Source: an uncultured Anaerolineaceae bacterium
GTDB taxonomy: Bacteria > Chloroflexota > Anaerolineae > Anaerolineales > UBA11579
NCBI GenBank assembly: GCA_964572455.1
Contig: CAZNFL010000001.1
Span: 732 to 64,731 of the forward strand
Reading direction: 5' to 3'
Length of the DNA: 64,000 nucleotides
Shown piece after piece: positions 54,341-63,042 of this stretch (the stretch's first letter is position 1; the number at the start of each line of letters is the position of its first letter). A program made the translations under genes and the position numbers. Under the pieces are notes generated by a model. It was not told the DNA's origin. It made no database searches and was given only the letters and a program-made list of their open reading frames with translations.

Positions 54341-55279
54341 TTAGAAGATGCCGGAACGAATGATCTGCAGCAGGGCCGGCCCCAAAAGGACGATCACGAT
54401 GGTTGGGAAGATCAAAAAGACCATCGGCACCACCATCTTCACCGGCGCTTTTTGCGCATTCTCCTCTGCACGTTGGCGCCGTTTTATGCGCATACTATCG
54501 GCTTGAACGCGCAACACGCGCGCCATACTTACGCCTAGCTGCTCGCTTTGGATGACGGCCGCCACAAAACTATCCATTTCTGGCACACCCAACCTAGTCG
54601 ACATGTCCCGCAGCGCTTCCCGGCGCAATTTACCCAACTGGATCTCCTGCAGCACGCGGGTAAAGGCGATCGAAAGGTCATTGTCCCATTTTTCGATCAC
54701 TTTTTTCATGGCGGCATCAAAACCCAGCCCAGCTTCTACACAAATCGTCAGCAGGTCCAGTGCGTCCGGCATTGCGTTTAGCACCACTCGCTGCCGCCGT
54801 TTGATCCTGCTTTCCAGCAACAGGGTGGGCAGGAAGAACCCGACCAGCACAGAAACCGCGATCATCAACAGGGTATTGACAGAAAATATCGAAGAACCAG
54901 ACGACAACGAGAACACAAAAATCAGGGCTAGACCAAGGGCTATCCCAAAGACAAAGCGCGAGGTTAAAAAGAGGGTGGGCTCCACCCAACGAGGCGCACC
55001 CGCCATCTCCAGGCGGGTTCGCGCTTGTACGATGGCGTTCTGCGGGGTGAAGCGCTGGGCAAACTCGGCAAAACGCCTGGCAGCCGGATAGATCACCCGC
55101 TCCATTAGTGACTGGGACAGTTCGATCTCTTCCAGGCTGGCAACCTTGCCGCGTTCGGCATATTCAGCTAACCGCGCCGCCAGGGGGTCTACCCCTTTTC
55201 GCTCGCGCAAGCCGATCACCACCAGGGCAACCGCCGCGCCGATGATAATAACTAAGAGAAATGCAAGGGCGATACTCAT
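54341..55279 (-). CDS. tadC: Tad pilus platform protein TadC (T2SS-F domain)
   Basis: 312 aa with an N-terminal TM helix, a T2SSF domain (PDALDLLTICVEAGLGFDAA) and C-terminal TM helices. Confidence 0.85.
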   Translation of the reverse strand: MSIALAFLLVIIIGAAVALVVIGLRERKGVDPLAARLAEYAERGKVASLEEIELSQSLMERVIYPAARRFAEFAQRFTPQNAIVQARTRLEMAGAPRWVEPTLFLTSRFVFGIALGLALIFVFSLSSGSSIFSVNTLLMIAVSVLVGFFLPTLLLESRIKRRQRVVLNAMPDALDLLTICVEAGLGFDAAMKKVIEKWDNDLSIAFTRVLQEIQLGKLRREALRDMSTRLGVPEMDSFVAAVIQSEQLGVSMARVLRVQADSMRIKRRQRAEENAQKAPVKMVVPMVFLIFPTIVIVLLGPALLQIIRSGIF

Positions 55280-55289
55280 ATCACAGTAA

Positions 55290-56255
55290 CTAGACTTCCA
55301 CTTTGGCGATCCGAGTCAATATGAAATAGCCCGAGACCAACATGATCGCCGCGGTTCCCAGCATGGCCACGCCACAGATGATCGGCTCCTCAAAAAACTG
55401 ATTCATGTATTCCCGGTTCAAGACCCAAAGGACGACGCTGAGGATCAGCGGCATCACGGCCAGGAACCTCCCCGAAAACTTAACCTGGGCCGTGGCGGCC
55501 CGCACCTCACCATGGATGCGGAGGCGTTCGCGGATCGTGTACGAGATCGTGTCCAGGATCTCGGCCAGGTTGCCGCCGACCTCGCGCTGGATGTTGATCG
55601 CCGTCACTGCCAGTTCCAGATCATCACTGACAATGCGGCGTTGGAGGTTCCCCAGGGATTCTTCCATGGAGACGCCTAATTGCATTTCCTGTACCACCCG
55701 GCGGAACTCGTCGCTGATCGGCGCGGGCAACTCCTGGCTCACTGCGTCCATAGCCTGCAAAGCTGAAAAACCGCTGCGCAAGCTGTTGACAACTAAATTA
55801 AGCATATCCGGAAGCTGGTCATTAAACTTGCGCAAGCGCTGACCCTGCAAGTATCGAACCACAAAACGAGGGATAAAAAGGCCTAGAATCAGCCCGGCGA
55901 GCCCAAACGGAACGGATCCGCCACCAAACAAATAAGCAAAAGCGCCGGTGAGGAAGCTGGAGATGAAAATTAGTGCAATGTATTCCCCAGACTTTAACTT
56001 GAGATCTGCTTGAGCCAGTCCTCTTGAGATCCGCTCGCCCAGGCTGGTTGTTTCCACCCTTTGGGTGAGCCAATTGGTTAAGATCGTAGTACGGGCGCGT
56101 TGTTTAGATTCTTCCTTGGACTCGGCCTTATCCGTTTGGACGTATTGCTCCAGGCGGCGATCAACCAGGGAACGTTCATCGCGCAATGTGAAAGCTATTC
56201 CGGCAACCAGCAAGACTACTGCACTCAGGATACCGAATAATATTAAAGTGGGCAT
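55290..56255 (-). CDS. tadB: Tad pilus platform protein TadB (T2SS-F domain)
   Basis: 321 aa. Contains LPDMLNLVVNSLRSGFSALQAM. It is paired with tadC downstream of the ATPase. Confidence 0.85.
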   Translation of the reverse strand: MPTLILFGILSAVVLLVAGIAFTLRDERSLVDRRLEQYVQTDKAESKEESKQRARTTILTNWLTQRVETTSLGERISRGLAQADLKLKSGEYIALIFISSFLTGAFAYLFGGGSVPFGLAGLILGLFIPRFVVRYLQGQRLRKFNDQLPDMLNLVVNSLRSGFSALQAMDAVSQELPAPISDEFRRVVQEMQLGVSMEESLGNLQRRIVSDDLELAVTAINIQREVGGNLAEILDTISYTIRERLRIHGEVRAATAQVKFSGRFLAVMPLILSVVLWVLNREYMNQFFEEPIICGVAMLGTAAIMLVSGYFILTRIAKVEV

Positions 56256-56267
56256 GCCCGATCTCGA

Positions 56268-57695
56268 TTAAAACCGTTGGCGCTGGCCCAAGCCGAAGAT
56301 CGTTGGCGGTAAGTGGATGCCAGCGGCTTCCATGCGGGCCATGAAGCTGGGCCTTAATCCGGTGGAACGCAGTTGCCCGACCACCTTGTCTTCCTCAAAA
56401 CCGGTCTGCTCAAATACAAATAGATCTGTGAGGGTGACCACTTCACCTTCCATCCCCACCACCTCGACAATATTGGTCACTTTGCGGGTTCCATCTCGCA
56501 TGCGGTCCACATGCACGATCAAATCTATGGCCGAGGCGATCTGCTCACGGATGGCGCGTATCGGCAGGTCATAGCCAGCCATCAGCGTCATGGTTTCAAT
56601 GCGGGAAATTACATCCCGGGGGCTGTTGGCGTGCGCCGTGGTCATCGAGCCCTCATGACCCGTATTCATGGCCTGCAGCATATCCAGCGCCTCTCCCGAG
56701 CGAATTTCGCCCACGATGATGCGGTCAGGGCGCATACGCAAGGCGTTGACCACCAGTTGCTGGGCGCTGATCTCGCCCTTGGATTCAATATTAGGCGGTC
56801 GCGTTTCCAGGGTGACCACGTGTTCCTGGCGCATTTGCAATTCGGCTGCGTTTTCTATGGTCACGATGCGTTGGTCCTCAGGAATAAAGGTGGAGAGAAC
56901 GTTGAGTAAGGTGGTTTTACCTGAACCCGTGCCGCCGGAAATGATGATATTAAGATTGGCTTCCACACAAGCTTTCAAAAATTGGATCGATTCTTGAGTA
57001 ATCGAATTAAATGCGACCAATTGCTCGATGCTGATCGGGTCTTTGGAAAACATACGGATGGTCAGCACCGGCCCTATCAGGGAGATCGGCGGGATGACGG
57101 CGTTAACCCGCGATCCGTCCGGAAGGCGTGCGTCCACGTAGGGACTTTGTTCATCTACCCGGCGGCCCAGGGGAGCCACAATACGATCGATGATGCGCAT
57201 CACATGCTCGTCGCTCTCGAATTTAACCGCGGTGCGAAACAGCTTGCCGCCCCGCTCCACATAGACTTGCTGATAGCCGTTCACCATGATCTCGGTCACG
57301 GTGGGGTCTGCCAGTAGTGGTTGTAAAGGACCGAAACCTAATATTTCGTCGGTGATGTTATCCAGCAAGCGCTGCCGCTCCGGCCTGGTCAGGACGATAT
57401 TCTCCTCGGTCATGATCTGCTCGAAGAGTTCCTGGATGGTCTGGCTGACCTCATCCACTTTGCTAACATCCATGGTTGAGTCAAGCTCCGCCAGGAGCCG
57501 GTTTTGGACTAGCGTCTTCAACTCTGAATAGGTGGCCCGACCGCCTGCGACCCCGCTGCCCCCCGTGCGCGGGCGAATATTACTTAGGCGCGACCCTCCC
57601 GCCTGGTCCCCACTCTCGGGTTTCTCTGTTTCGGGGCGGCCCGGCTTTTGTGGATCTTCGGTTTGGCCGCGTTCCAGCCGACGCATTAAGGACAT
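56268..57695 (-). CDS. tadA: Tad pilus secretion ATPase CpaF/TadA
   Basis: 475 aa. Walker A GGTGSGKTTLLN, an Asp box, Walker B, His box TGHEGSMTTAHAN, and a disordered N-terminal region. Confidence 0.92.
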   Translation of the reverse strand: MSLMRRLERGQTEDPQKPGRPETEKPESGDQAGGSRLSNIRPRTGGSGVAGGRATYSELKTLVQNRLLAELDSTMDVSKVDEVSQTIQELFEQIMTEENIVLTRPERQRLLDNITDEILGFGPLQPLLADPTVTEIMVNGYQQVYVERGGKLFRTAVKFESDEHVMRIIDRIVAPLGRRVDEQSPYVDARLPDGSRVNAVIPPISLIGPVLTIRMFSKDPISIEQLVAFNSITQESIQFLKACVEANLNIIISGGTGSGKTTLLNVLSTFIPEDQRIVTIENAAELQMRQEHVVTLETRPPNIESKGEISAQQLVVNALRMRPDRIIVGEIRSGEALDMLQAMNTGHEGSMTTAHANSPRDVISRIETMTLMAGYDLPIRAIREQIASAIDLIVHVDRMRDGTRKVTNIVEVVGMEGEVVTLTDLFVFEQTGFEEDKVVGQLRSTGLRPSFMARMEAAGIHLPPTIFGLGQRQRF

Positions 57696-57714
57696 TGGTC
57701 TGATCCTACCTTAA

Positions 57715-58947
57715 TTAGACGCGTTCCATTTGGGACTGCGGAATGGCCTTGATCCTGCTGGTTACTTTTGCAGCCAGTTCCTGGATGGCTTTGATGCTGG
57801 GAGTGTTCCCGCCGCGCAATGCGAAGGGCTCGCCGCGGTCCATGGCAGGCACAATGGCGCGCTCATCCACCGGGATGATCACATCGACATCCTTTTTGAA
57901 ATTATCTTTGATCCGTTCCGGATTGATGTTTCGCCGTTTGTCATAGTGGTTCAAAACAAGCACGATCTGGTCTCGGGAAATTCCAAGTCCATCCGCCAGG
58001 TCCAGGAAAAGGCGTGCATTTTTGATCGAGGGAATATCCTGGGTAATAACCAGCACCAGCAGATCGGTTGCATCCAGCGCGGCCAATGTAAATTCGGTCA
58101 GCAGCGAGTTGGTGTCCACGATAACGTAAGGGTACATCCTGCTCAAGTAGCGCATCACGGCGCCCAACTGCGGGCCGCTGACTGAATCAGCGTCTTCCGG
58201 CCGCATCGGCGCGGCAAGGATATGCACGCCGGAGGCTTCGTGCCGGATCATGACCTCGTTCACCAGGTCACGATCCAATTCCCCGGCGCGCGGCGCCAGG
58301 TCAGTCACATTGTTGCGGCCCTGCTCATTGAAAAAGAAGGACAGGTCGCCGAATTGGAGGTTGGCATCCACGGCGGCCACCATGTTTCCCTGTTGCTGCA
58401 ATACCACCGCCAAATTGGCTGCGATGGTTGTTTTTCCGGTTCCACCCTTGGGGCTGAAAATGGTGATCACATGGCCCTGGTCCCCGGGAATCAGCGCTCC
58501 GGTGACATTGCCTTCGCCGGGTTTGCCCGGATAACCAGACGTGTTCAACTTTTCTTTTTCTGTGCGAGCCACCCGGCCAGCCCGATGGATGGCGGCGGTC
58601 AATTCATCGATATCAATGGGTTTCGTCAGGAAATCTCGCGCGCCGGCCAGCATGGCTCGGCGCATGTAATTCGAATCCCCTTGTACCGAAAGAATGACGA
58701 TCTGCGTAAAAGGGACTTTTTTGCGAATAGCCTCAGTGGCGCTGATGCCGTCCATATCCGGCATATTGATGTCCATCAAGACCACGTCGGGCTGGGCTTC
58801 AATAGCCAGCTCCACCCCTTCGGCCCCATTGCGCGAGGCCCCAACCACTTCAACGGTTGCGTCGAATTGAAGCAGTTTACGAATGTTCTCGCGGGTCTCC
58901 GCGAGGTCATCCACAATCAAAACGCGGATCTTGTCTTCTGGGGCCAT
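57715..58947 (-). CDS. tadZ: response-regulator receiver domain fused to ParA/MinD-like ATPase (TadZ/CpaE)
   Basis: 410 aa. The CheY-like receiver has VDD, LMDINMPDMDG, LSVQ and TKP. The ATPase part has SPKGGTGKTT. Confidence 0.88.
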   Translation of the reverse strand: MAPEDKIRVLIVDDLAETRENIRKLLQFDATVEVVGASRNGAEGVELAIEAQPDVVLMDINMPDMDGISATEAIRKKVPFTQIVILSVQGDSNYMRRAMLAGARDFLTKPIDIDELTAAIHRAGRVARTEKEKLNTSGYPGKPGEGNVTGALIPGDQGHVITIFSPKGGTGKTTIAANLAVVLQQQGNMVAAVDANLQFGDLSFFFNEQGRNNVTDLAPRAGELDRDLVNEVMIRHEASGVHILAAPMRPEDADSVSGPQLGAVMRYLSRMYPYVIVDTNSLLTEFTLAALDATDLLVLVITQDIPSIKNARLFLDLADGLGISRDQIVLVLNHYDKRRNINPERIKDNFKKDVDVIIPVDERAIVPAMDRGEPFALRGGNTPSIKAIQELAAKVTSRIKAIPQSQMERV

Positions 58948-58974
58948 GATTAGAACGGTCTTACCAGACCGATC

Positions 58975-60093
58975 TCATTGTGGAGCTGCCGGCTGCGGTA
59001 ACACATCCTGGAATGTGGGCGACGTTAGAGAATTGATGCCCGGCTCCAAACCGTAGGGCAATTTAGTGGGCACGGGGATATTGTAGGTGTTTAGTAAATA
59101 CTGCAGAGTAACTGCTTCCGTGGTGGCAATCGTAGTATCTGTGGCGGGCCGTAAGGCTAGAGTCAGTTGAGCTCCAGCGTAAACCAGATAGTTAAGGGTG
59201 ACCGCATCTTGAGGGCTAACGATTAAGGTGATCAGGTCAGGCGGTGGTTGGATGGTGGTTAGGCCATCTGCAGAGGGAATGTCACCTATTCCATCAGTTA
59301 CATCCTGGCCGAGTTCATTTGTGTAAAAGAAGTTTCCCACGTGTAGCACGACGATGTCCTGGATCAAAGTTTGGCTCACCAAGCGCGGCCGCTGCGCCTC
59401 GGAAGGCACTATGTAAAAGGGCTGGCCCAGCGCATTATCGAAGATCGCCCGTCCTAAAGCGGAACCCGGTCCGCCGCTTAAGATCTGGGCAACCAGGTTG
59501 CTGAACAGGGGATCGCTGACCAGTTCGGATATGGACGGATTCGCCTGAGCGCTGGTAACCACTGAATTGCCCGGGCCGATCAAACCGGCTGTGTTGTTCG
59601 GCAAAGTAGTCTGGTAATCGGAATCTAGATCCACAAGCATCAAGGTTGCGATCACATTAATATGATCGCCGGCCCGCAGGCCGTAGGCCAGGCTTGAAAA
59701 GCGATCTATGGGGATAGGAAAAGCCACCATGCCCGCTGGGATCAGCAACGAAGTATCAGAACCCCCGGCGGAAAGGCCAGCCCCCAGGTCTGCGACCATG
59801 CTGGCCATCAAGGGTAGGCCGGGCTCCAGGTCATAACGGGCCAACTTGCCGACTGCCTGGCTCTTGCTGGTGAGCATCGTTCCAATGGTGTCGCTGGCTG
59901 GGAAAGATTGCAATGCCAGGGCTCCATCAGTGATCACGCCCCCGCGCGGGATCGGCTGCGTGACGACCACAACGTCTGTCGTTTGGGTTTCGGTCTGTCC
60001 GGCCTGGCCATTCAGGTTCAATATCGCATAGACCGCGACTAACCCTAAGATAAGCACAAGCGCCAACACGATCAATATTCTTCCAAATCGCAT
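58975..60093 (-). CDS. cpaB: Flp pilus assembly protein CpaB/RcpC (SAF domain)
   Basis: 372 aa. N-terminal TM anchor, a SAF-like beta domain (VVVVTQPIPRGGVI) and a long C-terminal beta-rich region. It is located between flp and tadZ. Confidence 0.75.
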   Translation of the reverse strand: MRFGRILIVLALVLILGLVAVYAILNLNGQAGQTETQTTDVVVVTQPIPRGGVITDGALALQSFPASDTIGTMLTSKSQAVGKLARYDLEPGLPLMASMVADLGAGLSAGGSDTSLLIPAGMVAFPIPIDRFSSLAYGLRAGDHINVIATLMLVDLDSDYQTTLPNNTAGLIGPGNSVVTSAQANPSISELVSDPLFSNLVAQILSGGPGSALGRAIFDNALGQPFYIVPSEAQRPRLVSQTLIQDIVVLHVGNFFYTNELGQDVTDGIGDIPSADGLTTIQPPPDLITLIVSPQDAVTLNYLVYAGAQLTLALRPATDTTIATTEAVTLQYLLNTYNIPVPTKLPYGLEPGINSLTSPTFQDVLPQPAAPQ

Positions 60094-60264
60094 GGTCGAG
60101 CCCTTTCCTCCAGAGAATGTCGCCGCGCCATTTTACCGGGAGCGGCCGTACAACCAACCATTCCTGAGCATTCGTGGGTGAAACTGCAACAAGGATTAGT
60201 CTACCTGAAATCAAAAAACTTCGCTACAAAAACGGCGAAGTACCGCATTCAAGTCTTTAAGCTA

Positions 60265-60292
60265 CGTAGCCCTGGAAATTTCCAGGGCTACG
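60265..60292 (-). terminator. strong hairpin immediately 3' of flp (attenuator or partial terminator)
   Basis: CGTAGCCCTGGA-AATT-TCCAGGGCTACG is a perfect 12-bp stem 20 nt after the flp stop. There is no clear U-tract on the minus strand. Confidence 0.5.
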
Positions 60293-60311
60293 AACACAGC
60301 GTAAGGATGGA

Positions 60312-60455
60312 CTATAAAGCGTTGATAATGGTTTGCACTACGTTGGTAATCGCATCGCCTAAAAGGGCCCAGGTAATGAGACCCACGATGGCTACCAAAA
60401 CAATAATCAGTACATACTCGACCATACCTTGGCCTTTTTCGTTGATAAAAAACAT
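60312..60455 (-). CDS. flp: Flp/Fap-family type IVb (Tad) pilin
   Basis: MFFINEKGQGMVEYVLIIVLVAIVGLITWALLGDAITNVVQTIINAL. An AAGGAGG SD lies 7 nt upstream of the ATG at 60455. The longer track ORF is a 5' over-extension. Confidence 0.88.
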   Translation of the reverse strand: MFFINEKGQGMVEYVLIIVLVAIVGLITWALLGDAITNVVQTIINAL

Positions 60456-60557
60456 GTCAGTCCTCCTTTCTGCGAAAACTTTCCACAAAATCTTTGGATG
60501 CAAGTTCAATTATAGGAATTACGGGATTTGGCCGCAATAGGAAAGAAGGCACAGTTA

Positions 60558-61616
60558 TTAGGCTTTTGCTACGGCTGCGGAAGGTACCTGAAAGCTGAAT
60601 CGGGCACCCTTACCCACCGCGCTGTCCAATTCAAAACCGCCGCCAAGCATATCCATGCGTTCACGGATGGCTTTGATGGTTAATTCTGCCTCGGGGGGAA
60701 CTTCTGGGGGGTCGAAGCCGCGCCCGTTATCCTCCACGGTGGCTCGCACCAGGCGGTCGCCCAGGTCCAATTGCACCTTGATGCTGCTGGCCTGGGCGTG
60801 CAAGGCGCTGCTGCTAAGCAGCTCCTGGATAGCCCGAAACACGACCACTTCAAGGGTGGGTTCCAAACGCCGTTCCGACCCTGAAACGGACACGTTGATC
60901 TCTACCCCGGTCTTTTCGGCTAAATGGTCAGCATAGCGTTTAATGGTAGGCACCAGGCCCAGATCATCCAACATCATCGGGCGCAAATCAAAAATGAAGT
61001 CGCGTATCTTTATAAAGGTGTTGGAAGCCGCGTCTTTCAGCAAATTGAGCTCTTGGCGGGCTTGATCCTGGTCTACTTCGAATAAGCGCAAGGCTATTTC
61101 GGTCTGCAGGATGAAGTTGGACAAGGCCTGGGCAGGCCCATCGTGCATCTGGCGAGAAAGCCGCTGCCGTTCCGACTCCTGCGCCTGGGTCATGATCTCA
61201 ATGGAGGCGTGCTGGCTGCGCATGTCTTTTACATCCAGAGGGGCGGCTTGGCTACTGGCCTTAAGTTTATTTAGGATCTGAAGAAGATTTTCCAGATGAT
61301 TGCGATCGCTGGCCAGCTTCTCCAGCTGGCTGCGCATCACCACCAGGCGCTGCTGGGAGTCCAGGGCGGCGTCATAAGCCACGCGGATATCCCGCGGGGA
61401 TACCGGGTCGACCTGCGATTGGATCTGCTGCAGGTGGGCGTTGATAGTGGCGTTGCGCTGGGTTAGTTTTTCGACTTCCCCTTTACTTTGTTCCAAGAGC
61501 AAGTCGATCTCTTTTAGTGCGCGCTTGGCCTGGTTGAGCTCCTCGTTCAGTTCCTCAAAGAACACCGGGACGTTTTGACCCTTGCTGGCTAATTTTGTGG
61601 TCTTTGCGGCTGGCAA
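60558..61616 (-). CDS. cytoplasmic DegS-like histidine kinase (coiled-coil sensor, HisKA_3, HATPase)
   Basis: 352 aa with no TM helix. IRVAYDAALDSQQRL..., ESERQRLSRQMHDGPAQALSNF and FDLRPMMLDDLGLVPTIKRY closely parallel the B. subtilis DegS blocks as I recall them. Confidence 0.8.
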   Translation of the reverse strand: MPAAKTTKLASKGQNVPVFFEELNEELNQAKRALKEIDLLLEQSKGEVEKLTQRNATINAHLQQIQSQVDPVSPRDIRVAYDAALDSQQRLVVMRSQLEKLASDRNHLENLLQILNKLKASSQAAPLDVKDMRSQHASIEIMTQAQESERQRLSRQMHDGPAQALSNFILQTEIALRLFEVDQDQARQELNLLKDAASNTFIKIRDFIFDLRPMMLDDLGLVPTIKRYADHLAEKTGVEINVSVSGSERRLEPTLEVVVFRAIQELLSSSALHAQASSIKVQLDLGDRLVRATVEDNGRGFDPPEVPPEAELTIKAIRERMDMLGGGFELDSAVGKGARFSFQVPSAAVAKA

Positions 61617-61619
61617 GAT

Positions 61620-62318
61620 CTACTCCTGGTTCTTGGTTTGATTCTCAACCAATCGCACCCACCCTTGCCGCAGCGCATACACCGCAGCCTGCGTGCGGTC
61701 TTCTACTTTTAACTTGCGCAATATAGCGGTGACATGGTTCTTGACCGTTTGGTGGCTAATATCCAAAGCCAAAGCGATCTCTTTGTTGCTCAACCCGCGA
61801 GTGACATGCTCAAGCACTTCCATCTCGCGGCCGGAAAGGGAGCCGCTGGCGGAGCCGACATCATTGTAGGCCCCCTGCGCGTCGGCGTGTGTGGCCAGCC
61901 AGCGCACCACACCGGCTTGGTCGAGGACGGTTTCGGACACCACATAGTTGCCTTTGCAAACGATGCGCACGATCTCCACCAGCTTGGGTGGGTCGATATC
62001 TTTGACGCAATAGGCCGCCGCGCCGGCGGCCATAGCATGCACCAGTTGGGTGCTGTCGTCGTACGCGGTCAATAAAACGACCCGGGTCGGGCTCTTGGCG
62101 TCTTTCAGTTGGCGGGTCAATTGCTGTCCGTTGAAATTGGGCAGGTTCACATCCACGATAGCAGCATGGGGTTTCAGCTTGATGATCAGATCCAGGCCAT
62201 CACTGCCGCTGGCAGCCTGGCCCAGAACTTTCATATCCTTTTCCAAGGAAAAGGCATCCACCACCCCTTGCCGAAAGATCGGATGGTCGTCTACCACCAC
62301 GATAGTGATCTTTGCCAT
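61620..62318 (-). CDS. NarL/LuxR-family response regulator (DegU-like)
   Basis: 232 aa. The receiver domain has VDDH and VDVNLP. The C-terminal HTH is LSGREMEVLEHVTRGLSNKEIALALDISHQTVKNHVTAILRKL. Confidence 0.88.
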   Translation of the reverse strand: MAKITIVVVDDHPIFRQGVVDAFSLEKDMKVLGQAASGSDGLDLIIKLKPHAAIVDVNLPNFNGQQLTRQLKDAKSPTRVVLLTAYDDSTQLVHAMAAGAAAYCVKDIDPPKLVEIVRIVCKGNYVVSETVLDQAGVVRWLATHADAQGAYNDVGSASGSLSGREMEVLEHVTRGLSNKEIALALDISHQTVKNHVTAILRKLKVEDRTQAAVYALRQGWVRLVENQTKNQE

Positions 62319-62434
62319 CTAACCTCTAGTTGCAATAAAGATAATGTTACAGGCAACTAAAAATGAGTATAGCATAGGCAAAAATTGCGCATGTTTTGTG
62401 CGGGCCAGCCTTTTAAGCCAAGGCGGCGACCTTT

Positions 62435-63037
62435 TTAACGGTCCCCAGTAGCCCACATATTCATGCCCAACTCAAAATAACCGAAATGGACGTGTTCCAT
62501 CCCAAAACCGGCCCGCCCAAAATACCAGCCGAGCAGCGGCAAGGTGTAGGCAAAGGTATGTTCACCGATCTCTTCGGCGCTGACCAGGCCCACGCGCGCC
62601 ATCCAGCGCAGCAGGCCATCCGCCCGGGCCGCGGGGGTGGTGATGATCACCCGTCCGCCGGGCTTCAACGTGCGGTGCACCTCATCTAAAAGCTTTTCCA
62701 GGCTGCCCGGGTTGAGGTGTTCCGCCACGGCCAGCATGGTAACTACATCGAAAAACGCTTTGTCAAACGGCAGGCTGGGTTCCTTATTCAAATCCAAGGT
62801 GTGCCAGTGAATCTCACCTTCCTCCACCGCGGCCGGCAATTGGTCGATGGCGAACTTGTCTTTGAAGGCAGTGTGAGCCAGGAAGTACGGATAGGAACCG
62901 CAGCCAATATCCAGAATGCGGCCGGTGCGCAGGGCGGCGGGAATCAGGCGGTTGGCCGTGGCGGCCCGTCGCCGAGCTAAATACGGTTCCAGCAGCCCTT
63001 TGCCGCGGGTGAAGCCGCCTTTGCGTTCAGCGGGCAT
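62435..63037 (-). CDS. class I SAM-dependent methyltransferase
   Basis: 200 aa. Motif I ILDIGCGSYP, then AVAEHL and LKPGGRVIITTP. Confidence 0.8.
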   Translation of the reverse strand: MPAERKGGFTRGKGLLEPYLARRRAATANRLIPAALRTGRILDIGCGSYPYFLAHTAFKDKFAIDQLPAAVEEGEIHWHTLDLNKEPSLPFDKAFFDVVTMLAVAEHLNPGSLEKLLDEVHRTLKPGGRVIITTPAARADGLLRWMARVGLVSAEEIGEHTFAYTLPLLGWYFGRAGFGMEHVHFGYFELGMNMWATGDR

Positions 63038-63042
63038 GCGAA

